Origin: Eledone cirrhosa
Taxonomy: Eukaryota
Assembly: GCA_964016885.1 (NCBI GenBank)
Contig: OZ024743.1
Span: forward strand, 176,638,001-176,702,000
Direction: 5' to 3'
DNA: 64,000 bases
Part shown: positions 14,319 through 25,021 of the stretch, one piece after another
Layout: each line of letters starts with the position of its first letter
How positions within the stretch are numbered: the first letter of the stretch is position 1
Translations under genes and position numbers: made by a program
The notes under the pieces: model-generated
Databases searched by the model: none
What the model saw: the letters and a program-made list of their open reading frames with translations, nothing else
Told to the model about the DNA's origin: nothing

Positions 14319-14521
14319 GTAAACATATCTATGTATTTATCTATGCATGTATGTATATCTGTTAGAACACGAAAAGTGTGAAACAACAGAATGTTCACTT
14401 TTCGTGTTCTATAATAACATAATAACATATATGCCTAACTTCTTCATAAATTTTCCAGTGATAGCCGTGGTGGTGGTGATCGTATGTCATTGGCTAATTT
14501 TCAACCAATCAGAGTAAGTGT

Positions 14522-14568
<47 letters not shown>

Positions 14569-14679
14569 TAATTTAATATATCAACTAACATAAGCGCACA
14601 GATGCACGCCCATGCTAGCAAATACACAGGTTATGTCATAGTACCTAGGTGGTTCAATGCAGGAGAATGCAGAACAATA

Positions 14680-15139
14680 ATATAAAAGACGTAAAATAAG
14701 AAAATATTTTTTTTTAAATTTTAAAAAATTTTTTACTTACTTACTTAAATTTTTTTTTTGGGGGGTGTTAGTAGGCGTCAGTCATCTTACCATCCCATTC
14801 CTTCTAACTAACCTCTGTGTCACGTGATTGATTCTTTAGAATCGGCCATTTGACCTGAAGCAGTGAGAATTTCGGTACATAGAATCCAGTCCTCGCCAGC
14901 TGTTCGATCTACCGAATTATTATTATTTTTATATGAGCCGCCAGTGTCCGCGCATTGCCTGGAGACTTAACTGAGAATAGACTCCCTGATGACGCAATGA
15001 ATTCTCGACAGTTGGATTACGTAACTGTCTTTATCCCATTGCAGAAACTAATTAGTTGGAGTGAAAATTTAAGTAAGTAAGTAAAAAATTAAAAAAAAAA
15101 TTTTTTTTTAAATATTTTCTTATTTTACGTCTTTTATAT
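14680..15139 (+). mobile_element. Non-coding Penelope-like terminus with ~75-bp inverted arms and a hammerhead
   Basis: 14680-14753 is the approximate reverse complement of 15064-15139; lies between (TA)n tracts; HHR inside. Confidence 0.7.
14981..15062 (+). ncRNA. Type I hammerhead ribozyme motif
   Basis: ACTCC-CTGATGA-c-GCAATG...CATTGC-a-GAAAC-taatta-GTT-GGAGT: stem I 5 bp, extended stem II, palindromic stem III loop. Confidence 0.8.
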
Positions 15140-16494
15140 ATATATATATATATATATACTATTCCCCCTCTCTCTATATATATCTTACGCTTTCGCTTTA
15201 CACTCCTCCCCTTCAATAACACATTTCCCCCTCTCTATATATCTCTTCCACTGTTACTTACGCCTGTTTCTCTCTATCTGTTCCGTCTCTATATATATCT
15301 CTCTTACTCTTTCGCTTTGCACTCCTCCCCTTCAATACCATCTCTCCCCCTCTCTATATATTTGTTACTCTATCGCTGCACGCTCCTCTCCTTCAATATA
15401 TCAATTACACACGCTTTACACTCCTTTATCCCCAGCGCCCCTATATATACACCCCCCCCCCCTCCCGCATCTATATTTTAATGTTCCGTTGCACCGTGAA
15501 TATATGTGTCTATATATATATATATACATATATATTGTATATACACATTCATGTATGTGTATACACACTCATGTATGTATATACACTGGTTTTATGTGTG
15601 TATTGTAAATTTGTACTGTTAAAACACGAAACTAACATTCGATTGACACTTTGATTACCTGTACAGGCAATAGTTATTAGAATGCTGTTGAAGTGTGTAT
15701 ATATTTTTGGGGGACATCCTGTATATACACACATTATATATAATACAATAAACAGATAAATACACACATATATATATGAGCTTATTTAATTATAAATATT
15801 GTGAATTTTTAACTCAGTTCAATTATATATATAAATGGCTTCTACAGGACTAGAACTGTTTCATTCGAAAGAAATCATCATAATATTGAGAGGGGGGACT
15901 AGATAAAATATTTCAAATCAAATGTGTATAAGTTATAAGTTAAAATGTATAAATAGAGACGATAGTGGAGGTATATCTGTTTAGTGGAACAGTAGACGAT
16001 AGAATTAAATACAGACGAGAATCTCCCTTTAATGAAACAGCAGACGATAGAATTAAGGCAATTTAAATTTTAAGCATTTGCATTTCATCGTTACGGGGTC
16101 GATAAAATAAAGTACCAGTAATACACTGTCACTATAAGTAGACGACTTTCAAATTGAATTGTTGGTTCCATTTCTTTAGTATTTTCAATTGTAGTTATCT
16201 ACTTAAAAAGCGTTACACGGTTAGAGACATAATTGGTAAGTTATATCTTCCCTATTAAACCATTGCATTATTTCGCCTACAATATAACAAAAATGAAATG
16301 TTCTTTAAAGAAACAGGAATATAACTTTATAAAAAAAAAAGTTGCATCCGCTTCTTTTATCATTGATAATTTTTTCGTTTTAATATTAATTGTTTTTTGT
16401 AGTTGTTTATATTAAAAATCTTACTGTAATATTTACTTAAACGAAGGCAGACATCTAAACTTATAGATTAATCTTGAGCGAAGGACTAGATAAA

Positions 16495-16545
<51 letters not shown>

Positions 16546-16549
<4 letters not shown>

Positions 16550-16759
16550 GAAGAATGATAACATTTCAAGCAAAGAGTTTAATTAGGTAATGACTTACAA
16601 ATTTGTTTCAGTATATATTTAATATAATATTAATATATTTTGTAATATTATTAACTAATTATTATAATTAGCGCTTCAGGCTTTGTCTATATACTGAAAC
16701 AAATTTGTAAGTCATTACCTAATTAAACTCTTTGCTTGAAATTTTATCACTCTTCGTTT
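16546..16759. repeat. Fold-back with 72-bp inverted arms carrying the 3' half of a hammerhead
   Basis: 16546-16617 vs 16688-16759 near-perfect inverted; contains GAAAC-aaattt-GTA; starts at a (TA)n tract. Confidence 0.8.
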
Positions 16760-16869
16760 TGAATTTCTCCTAAGTATTCAATACTCTGTTGAGAAATACA
16801 TTTTACATAAACAGTCTTTGTACCATTTATACGGTATTAATTACTTATATTTATATATATATATATATA

Positions 16870-17012
16870 TATAGCGTATGATTAGAACTGTGTTTATTAT
16901 TAATATTTTAATGGATTTAATGAAAAATTTTAGGTGTTCATATATATATTCTAAAAATGCGCGAAATCGTGAATCCGCGATAGTTGAACCGCCAAGTAGC
17001 GAGGTATCACTG
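16870..17012. mobile_element. Right end of a Tigger/pogo-like MITE
   Basis: ...CGCGATAGTTGAACCGCCAAGTAGCGAGGTATCACTG|TA resembles a CAGTGATCCCTCGCTA-type TIR with TA target; left end not found. Confidence 0.5.
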
Positions 17013-17040
17013 TATATATGTTTAAATATATAGTGTAGCT

Positions 17041-17505
17041 GTGATGTATCTCGCGAGTGAATCGAGACCTGTCACTGATTTTGGTGTCCCCACTACCGAT
17101 GTGAATGAGCAACGCTGCACTTGTGAATTGGGTCTTGATGTTGCAGGCAGTTCATATACTTACAATGATGCGGTCCCACAAGCTTGTTCACATTCCTGTG
17201 CTAATAATCTAGATGGGCGTATTAAATTGGATGTGAAAGCAGCTTACCGGATGCGGAATCGGGAGAAGTTGAGACAAAAACAGGCCGATTATAGAGCTGT
17301 GAATTTTGCTAAATTAACACAAAAACAGGCCAAGTATAGATGTTCAAAACGGTATGAGTTGGCAAACAAGCAGGCCAAGTATAGATCTGCAAATTCAGCT
17401 ATTATATCTCAAAAGCAAGCCGAGCATAGACCTTCTAAACGTACCGAGTTGGCTAAAGAGCAGACCAAGTACAGATCTGCAAATATCTTATTGCACAAAC
17501 AATAA
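17041..17505 (+). other. 154-codon ORF with 15-aa basic repeats (QKQAKYRSAN-like), probably a transposon-derived N-terminal fragment
   Basis: About five 45-bp degenerate repeats keeping frame; GTG start; no other domain. Confidence 0.35.
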
Positions 17506-17531
17506 TTCTGCACAAATGTTGCTCCATTATT

Positions 17532-17712
17532 TTGGCAGTATTGGTAGAGGGTCGGATACCATGCTTTCCAGCATAGTTACGTCCCTTTACGATCTGAGTT
17601 CAAATCCTGCCGAGGTTGACTTTGCCTTTCATCCTTACGGGGTAGATAAAATAAAGTACCAGTAATGCACTGGGTAATTGCTGGTCTTGTGCCTAAAGTA
17701 GAAACAATTATT
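17532..17712 (+). mobile_element. tRNA-type SINE
   Basis: A-box-like TGGCAGTATTGG, B-box GAGTTCAAATCC, body CTTTGCCTTTCATCC..GATAAAATAAAGTACCAG, ATTATT tail; multicopy in window. Confidence 0.88.
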
Positions 17713-17889
17713 AGATCTAATGTTGCAACGATACAGTTAAATGTTGTCTGTGTATTTTAAAAAAGATTTGCTTATAATCTTTTCAAATTTCATTACGCCA
17801 ATGATTCAAGCTCAAATTGACATTATCTAAAAAATTGTACAAACAGCGGTGGATTAGCAGTAGTGAACAGATAAATCAGTCAATTTATT

Positions 17890-18545
17890 AAGATTGACTT
17901 GGCATCAATCAGCAAGACCTTCATTAGCTGCTCTCCAGCCATCTATTTAAAGCTGTATACATCTATGGTACGAATACACTTGGAGTTCGCGTCATCAGTC
18001 TGGAACCCCTATCTTGCTCAGAACATTGACCTCCTGGAAACTGTTCAGAGACATGCAACCAAGCGCATACCCTCCATCAGACACCTACCATACCCTGAAT
18101 ATTTTGCTTCCCTCTGGCAATGGACTTGGTAAACACCCACAAAGTTATTAACCATCCGACCAACAACAACCCCGAACACCTTTTTGATCTCCATGTGTCT
18201 AACACGTGGACATGCCTACAAAGTCAGAAAACAACACAGCTCCCATGACTTTAGGAAATATTTCTTCATGCTCAGAGTTGCTGAAGGATGGAACAAACTT
18301 CCTGCATCAGTTGTTAGCTGATGACACACTGCATCCTTTAAAACCATCATACATTCCGAAATACACCAAAACTACACCTGATGTCCCCCTTCCATACACA
18401 TGCACATATGTGTATATCATGCACTGTTCTTTTTTCATGACGTTTTTATATTACCCTAATTATTATATATGCACTTTTGATGAGTTGTAGTGCACCTCAG
18501 CATTGTACACAATATTTTCATTATTATTATCATTATTATTATTAC
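17890..18545 (+). mobile_element. 5'-truncated CR1-like LINE (ORF2 C-terminus, 3' UTR, (ATT)n tail)
   Basis: LYTSMVRIHLEFASSVWNPY..ETVQRHATK and, in another frame, RGHAYK..RKYFFMLRVAEGWNKLP; ends in ttattattat tail. Confidence 0.88.
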
Positions 18546-19012
18546 ACTCATTGATCCATTTTGCACTAACCCTGCATCAAGCACCCTCACCTAAATATTA
18601 ACCAATCAAGGATCCAATACAGCTATCTGTTGGATGAGTATTGTATAGTGCCAAAAACGAAACCAATCAGTTTAGCAGAAAGTTTCCAGACAAGAAACAC
18701 GCATATTTTGCTATCCTCAAACACGTTTACACATGGCATGAAATATAACTAATCCGAGATGGCTAGGTTTCATCTTCTAACTGGATATACGAAATCCATT
18801 ATGTCTTGACAACAACATGAGGTAACATTATGTTATTCACAGACACACTTTGTACACTGTTCCATATCAGAATGTATTTCCTTCGTCACATTCACAAACA
18901 GTATTGAAAATATGTTCTTCGGCAAATAAAAATGTTTTGTTCATAATATTTCAACTAGCGATTGCTCTACTCCACGCACGACCACCATAAATTAATGACC
19001 AGCTCAACACAA

Positions 19013-19185
19013 GTATTGGTAGAGCGTCAGACACCATGCTTTGCAGTATTGTTATGGTCCTTTGCATTCTAAGTTCAAATCCTGCCGAGGTTAACTTCGA
19101 CTTTCATACTTACTAATTCGATAAAATAAAGTACCAGTAATGGACTGCCGTAATGGATTTGTGCCGAAAAATAGAAACACTATTA
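19013..19185 (+). mobile_element. tRNA-type SINE, diverged copy
   Basis: Colinear with 17532-17712. Confidence 0.75.
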
Positions 19186-19724
19186 ATGTGCAATAAGAGC
19201 AAAATATAACGACATTGCTCAATTATTTTATCTAATGTTGTAATAACACAAGGAAATGTTGTTTGTGTATTTTTTTTTATATTTGCTCATAGGCTTTTAC
19301 AATTTCGCTCAGCCAACAACTATTAAAAAGTGAGTTGCTTAAGATAACAATTTAATCACAAATTGTTGCTATCTTTTAATACACTCCAACAAGTCATCAA
19401 ATTATGTACAATAAAAACAAATCTTATTAATTTGCTCAGAAAATGTATATACACTGATAATTGCAATTGTATGTAAATATTTTGTTTCTGTATTGTTTAT
19501 TTTATGTTTTCTATTATGTATAATATATTGATTTAATATTGATTGTTTTTTGTAGTTGTTTATATTAAAAGTCTGAAAATATTTTTATACATCTTACACT
19601 AATATTTATAAGATAATTTATAATAACAATTACATAATCTAATTACATTACAACGATAATTTATTATTAATATATATCCTGTTTAACTAGAGTTATTACA
19701 AGCGTTGCCTTAAAAAAATATTAA

Positions 19725-20681
19725 ACTAGACATGAAAAATGCGCAAGCTCAAAAGTGCCACAGAATGTTATAATAAACCTTCAAAAGTGTGGGACTAGAG
19801 TTGTTGCTAAAAAATATTGTAATCATTATATATCGTACATTCTGTGGCATCCTTTATAAAAATAGCTTAAACCAACGAAGCCTTTATTTTTACGCTATTT
19901 CACTTAGTTAATTCTTAGAGTGTAACATATAAAAATAAATACATCTATGTTTAATGTAATAACAGCTATAAATAATTACGTAATATTATTATCATATACT
20001 CATAGTAACAAAATAATTGTGTTGAAAATTAATATGATGCTTATATGAATGATCAAATCTATAATGATAATTTCTTAAATATACTAATAGTAAAATAATT
20101 TAGTTATCTATTGTTACATTTTCATAGAACTATAATATTAACAATCGTATTGCATTATCAAATTTTTATCACTACAAACTTTCATATTGGAATTACCTTA
20201 AGCCACTTATTATTACTTCGCTTTCGTACTTTTACAGCTGTAGATATTGCGCTGTATCTTATATCTAATATCAATATCTCATGGTAATTTGCATGCAGTG
20301 TAAAATAGGTTTATTAATAACTTTAATATGAAATGTATTATACAGGGCTGCGGAGTCGGCCAAAAATTGACTGGCTCCAACTCAGGATCCGATATTCCAT
20401 TATTTCCTAAATTTCAGCTCCGCAGCTCTGTTATTATATTAATTAATTTATTTTATAGTTGTAAATCATATTTTTATATGTTACACTCTAAGAATTAACT
20501 AAGTGAAATAGCGTAAAAATAAAGGCTTCGTTGGTTTAAGCTATTTTTATAAAGGATGCCACAGAATGTACGATATATAATGATTACAATATTTTTTAGC
20601 AACAACTCTAGTCCCACACTTTTGAAGGTTTATTATAACATTCTGTGGCACTTTTGAGCTTGCGCATTTTTCATGTCTAGT
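19725..20681. repeat. 213-bp inverted repeat pair with 531-bp spacer (fold-back/MITE-like)
   Basis: 19725-19937 is the reverse complement of 20469-20681; no mismatch noticed by eye; no clear TSD. Confidence 0.92.
20343..20430. mobile_element. 88-bp hAT-type MITE
   Basis: TIRs CAGGGCTGCGGAG / CTCCGCAGCTCTG; 8-bp flanks GTATTATA / TTATTATA (7 of 8 match). Confidence 0.75.
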
Positions 20682-20859
20682 ATAAAATATTGTCATATTT
20701 ACAAAAATATTTTTCTAATATCGTGTTTAATATTTTATATTGTCATCTGCTTCTCTTCTCACATGTGGTTACTTACTGTCTCACTCTCTCTTTCTTTCCA
20801 TTCTCACACAGCGTCTTCTTTCTCTCTCTTTTTGCCAGTCCCTTCTCTCACATAGCTTG

Positions 20860-20929
<70 letters not shown>

Positions 20930-21558
20930 TCCGCTTACTTTTTTGTCTCTTTCTTTCTGTCACTGTTTCCCTCCTATAGATATTCTCTCTCTTTATTTTT
21001 TTGTCCCTCTCTCTCTTCTACTCTGCACTTTCTACTCCCTTCTCTTTCTCAATGTACCGCGTTTATCGGAGTTATGAGTAAAAGCATACACACGTATACG
21101 TATAGATATAAATAGACATTTATATATTCATTTTTATCTTTATTGTTTTACTTTATAACACTCCCTTACTTACTATTTTTACTGTATTCTAATTTTTTCA
21201 TTTTTCATATATATTTTTATTCTTTATTTTTATTATTATATATGTATTATTATATATGTATTGAAACAAAATGAAAACGAAATTTCATTTCTCACTCTTA
21301 GTATGGCACTTACTTAAATGTAAGTATGCACGTATACGTACATACACATATGTATACAGACGTACAGTAGCATGCACATATATATATACACATACATATA
21401 TACATACATATGCATACAGGTACACATACATATATGCACGTATCAGTTTAGCGGCGCTAACGTCGCTTTGTTCGTTTGTAAACAAACTGAACAGCCTGAA
21501 TTTATGCCATACGGTGTTAAGGCAACCACGTCACCTTTTTGTTCAACACTGACACAGG

Positions 21559-21603
21559 AACGATGTACTAGTTTCAAGCTTGTTAGCTATCATCAGCACC
21601 GTT
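21559..21603 (-). ncRNA. Minimal type I hammerhead, array copy 1
   Basis: Minus strand AACGGTG-CTGATGA-t-AGCT-aaca-AGCT-t-GAAAC-ta-GTA-CATCGTT. Confidence 0.88.
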
Positions 21604-22024
21604 TACCCATCTGCCAGATAGTTGAACGTTCGAAAGTATATACTTTCCTTATGAAAATTAACGGCTGAGCAGCCTAATTTGCATATTGAGTGAGTTAAAT
21701 CGGTCAGGCATACCGAAAACGATAAATTGAAACAAAATGAAAACGAAATTTCATTTCTCACTCTTAGTATGGCACTTACTTAAATGTAAGTATGCATGTA
21801 TACGTACATACATATATGTATACAGACGTACAGTAGCATGCACATATATATATATATATACATATATACATACATATGCATACAGGTACACATACATACA
21901 TGCACGTATCAGTTTAGCGGCGCTAACGTCGCTTTGTTCGTTTGTAAACAAACTGAACAGCCTGAATTTATGCCATACGGTGTTAAGGCAACCACGTCAC
22001 CTTTTTGTTCAACACTGACACAGG

Positions 22025-22069
22025 AACGATGTACTAGTTTCAAGCTTGTTAGCTATCATCAGCACCGTT
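22025..22069 (-). ncRNA. Minimal type I hammerhead, array copy 2
   Basis: Same motif as copy 1. Confidence 0.88.
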
Positions 22070-22490
22070 TACCCATCTGCCAGATAGTTGAACGTTCGAA
22101 AGTATATACTTTCCTTATGAAAATTAACGGCTGAGCAGCCTAATTTGCATATTGAGTGAGTTAAATCGGTCAGGCATACCGAAAACGATAAATTGAAACA
22201 AAATGAAAACGAAATTTCATTTCTCACTCTTAGTATGGCACTTACTTAAATGTAAGTATGCACGTATACGTACATGCACATATGTATACAGACGTACAGT
22301 AGCATGCACATATATATATACACATACATATATACATACATATGCATACAGGTACACATACATATATGCACGTATCAGTTTAGCGGCGCTAACGTCGCTT
22401 TGTTCGTTTGTAAACAAACTGAACAGCCTGAATTTATGCCATACGGTGTTAAGGCAACCACGTCACCTTTTTGTTCAACACTGACACAGG

Positions 22491-22535
22491 AACGATGTAC
22501 TAGTTTCAAGCTTGTTAGCTATCATCAGCACCGTT
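22491..22535 (-). ncRNA. Minimal type I hammerhead, array copy 3
   Basis: Same motif as copy 1. Confidence 0.88.
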
Positions 22536-22956
22536 TACCCATCTGCCAGATAGTTGAACGTTCGAAAGTATATACTTTCCTTATGAAAATTAACGGCTGA
22601 GCAGCCTAATTTGCATATTGAGTGAGTTAAATCGGTCAGGCATACCGAAAACGATAAATTGAAACAAAATGAAAACGAAATTTCATTTCTCACTCTTAGT
22701 ATGGCACTTACTTAAATGTAAGTATGCATGTATACGTACATACATATATGTATACAGACGTACAGTAGCATGCACATATATATATATATATACATATATA
22801 CATACATATGCATACAGGTACACATACATACATGCACGTATCAGTTTAGCGGCGCTAACGTCGCTTTGTTCGTTTGTAAACAAACTGAACAGCCTGAATT
22901 TATGCCATACGGTGTTAAGGCAACCACGTCACCTTTTTGTTCAACACTGACACAGG

Positions 22957-23001
22957 AACGATGAACTAGTTTCAAGCTTGTTAGCTATCATCAGCACCGT
23001 T
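22957..23001 (-). ncRNA. Minimal type I hammerhead, array copy 4 (GUU triplet variant)
   Basis: + strand ATGAACTAGT instead of ATGTACTAGT, so the cleavage triplet is GUU not GUA. Confidence 0.8.
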
Positions 23002-23422
23002 TACCCATCTGCCAGATAGTTGAACGTTCGAAAGTATATACTTTCCTTATGAAAATTAACGGCTGAGCAGCCTAATTTGCATATTGAGTGAGTTAAATCG
23101 GTCAGGCATACCGAAAACGATAAATTGAAACAAAATGAAAACGAAATTTCATTTCTCACTCTTAGTATGGCACTTACTTAAATGTAAGTATGCATGTATA
23201 CGTACATACATATATGTATACAGACGTACAGTAGCATGCACATATATATATATATATACATATATACATACATATGCATACAGGTACACATACATACATG
23301 CACGTATCAGTTTAGCGGCGCTAACGTCGCTTTGTTCGTTTGTAAACAAACTGAACAGCCTGAATTTATGCCATACGGTGTTAAGGCAACCACGTCACCT
23401 TTTTGTTCAACACTGACACAGG

Positions 23423-23467
23423 AACGATGTACTAGTTTCAAGCTTGTTAGCTATCATCAGCACCGTT
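23423..23467 (-). ncRNA. Minimal type I hammerhead, array copy 5
   Basis: Same motif as copy 1. Confidence 0.88.
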
Positions 23468-23888
23468 TACCCATCTGCCAGATAGTTGAACGTTCGAAAG
23501 TATATACTTTCCTTATGAAAATTAACGGCTGAGCAGCCTAATTTGCATATTGAGTGAGTTAAACCGGTCAGGCATACCGAAAACGATAAATTGAAACAAA
23601 ATGAAAACGAAATTTCATTTCTCACTCTTAGTATGGCACTTACTTAAATGTAAGTATGCACGTATACGTACATACACATATGTATACAGACGTACAGTAG
23701 CATGCACATATATATATACACATACATATATACATACATATGCATACAGGTACACATACATACATGCACGTATCAGTTTAGCGGCGCTAACGTCGCTTTG
23801 TTCGTTTGTAAACAAACTGAACAGCCTGAATTTATGCCATACGGTGTTAAGGCAACCACGTCACCTTTTTGTTCAACACTGACACAGG

Positions 23889-23933
23889 AACGATGTACTA
23901 GTTTCAAGCTTGTTAGCTATCATCAGCACCGTT
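23889..23933 (-). ncRNA. Minimal type I hammerhead, array copy 6
   Basis: Same motif as copy 1. Confidence 0.88.
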
Positions 23934-24786
23934 TACCCATCTGCCAGATAGTTGAACGTTCGAAAGTATATACTTTTCTTATGAAAATTAACGGCTGAGC
24001 AGCCTAATTTGCATATTGAGTGAGTTAAACCGGTCAGGCATACCGAAAACGATAAATTGAAACAAAATGAAAACGAAATTTCATTTCTCACTCTTAGTAT
24101 GGCACTTACTTAAATGTAAGTATGCACGTATACGTACATACACATATGTATACAGACGTACAGTAGCATGCACATATATATATACACATACATATATACA
24201 TACATATGCATACAGGTACACATACATATATGCACGTATCAGTTTAGCGGCGCTAACGTCGCTTTGTTCGTTTGTAAACAAATATATATATTATATATGT
24301 ATTATTATCCATACCTTTGACATTGTGTCTCACTATATCACACATCCCTTACCCTTGCGCAAGCTTTCAAATGTTCATGTCTGTATTTGAGTATATGTAT
24401 ATTTGTGTACGTCATATTTTCTCACACAGTATCCTCTCTCTTCCCCTTTTTTCTTCGTCTCTTTCTTTCTGTCGCTGTTTCCCTCCTATAGACATTCTCT
24501 CTCTTTCTTTTTCTGTCCCTCTCTCTCTTCTAGTCTGCACTTTCTACTTCCTTCTCTTTCTCAACCGCGTTCCTGCTTACGGCAGTTCTAATGGAGATTT
24601 TTTAACGCAAAGTCACACAAGGATTAGAAAATTGGCGATTATCACTTTGAAAGTAACAATTATGCAATAAATAGTTGTTATTGACACGTCTCGCATCCTC
24701 ATTTGGCAATGTGTAAAACTTTAGCGAGATCGGGTGAACAATACGCAAGTTATAATACTTTACACAGAACGGGAATTATATATAAG

Positions 24787-24846
24787 ATTTAATTAGAAGG
24801 TGAACAACACAATATATATATTGTGTTGTTCACCTTCTAATTAAAT
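24787..24846. repeat. Perfect 60-bp palindrome centred on (AT)n
   Basis: ATTTAATTAGAAGGTGAACAACACAATATA|TATATTGTGTTGTTCACCTTCTAATTAAAT. Confidence 0.95.
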
Positions 24847-24918
24847 AGCTCTGTTCTATACATAGAGCACTCTTTTTTCCTTTGCTTTTTCTTCGGAAAT
24901 ACTTAACACACACACACA

Positions 24919-25021
<103 letters not shown>

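Larger units (their letters stand above)
21260..24282 (-). repeat. 466-bp tandem array (6.5 units), retrozyme-like, one hammerhead per full unit
   Basis: ORF track recurs at exact 466-bp intervals; near-identical units; flanked by TA-rich sequence. Confidence 0.95.
19687..24787 (-). mobile_element. Probable non-autonomous Helitron carrying nested insertions
   Basis: Minus-strand 5' end A|TCTTATATATAATTCCCGTTCTGT at 24787, homologous to 14005-14073. Candidate 3' CTAG at 19687-19690 with only a degenerate hairpin, so the left boundary is uncertain. Confidence 0.5.

Noticed and set aside
15840-15890. Minus-strand hammerhead-like ATGATGA..GAAAC..GTC
   Set aside because: Core C missing and no stem I pairing; at best a decayed copy
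17532-17612. SINE heads as tRNA genes
   Set aside because: A/B boxes only; no cloverleaf; continue into SINE body
21271-24390. Repeated 93-aa ORF, or the array as a CRISPR or tandem gene cluster
   Set aside because: Units are wholly repeated with no unique spacers; ORFs derive from (TA/CA) low complexity; eukaryotic context
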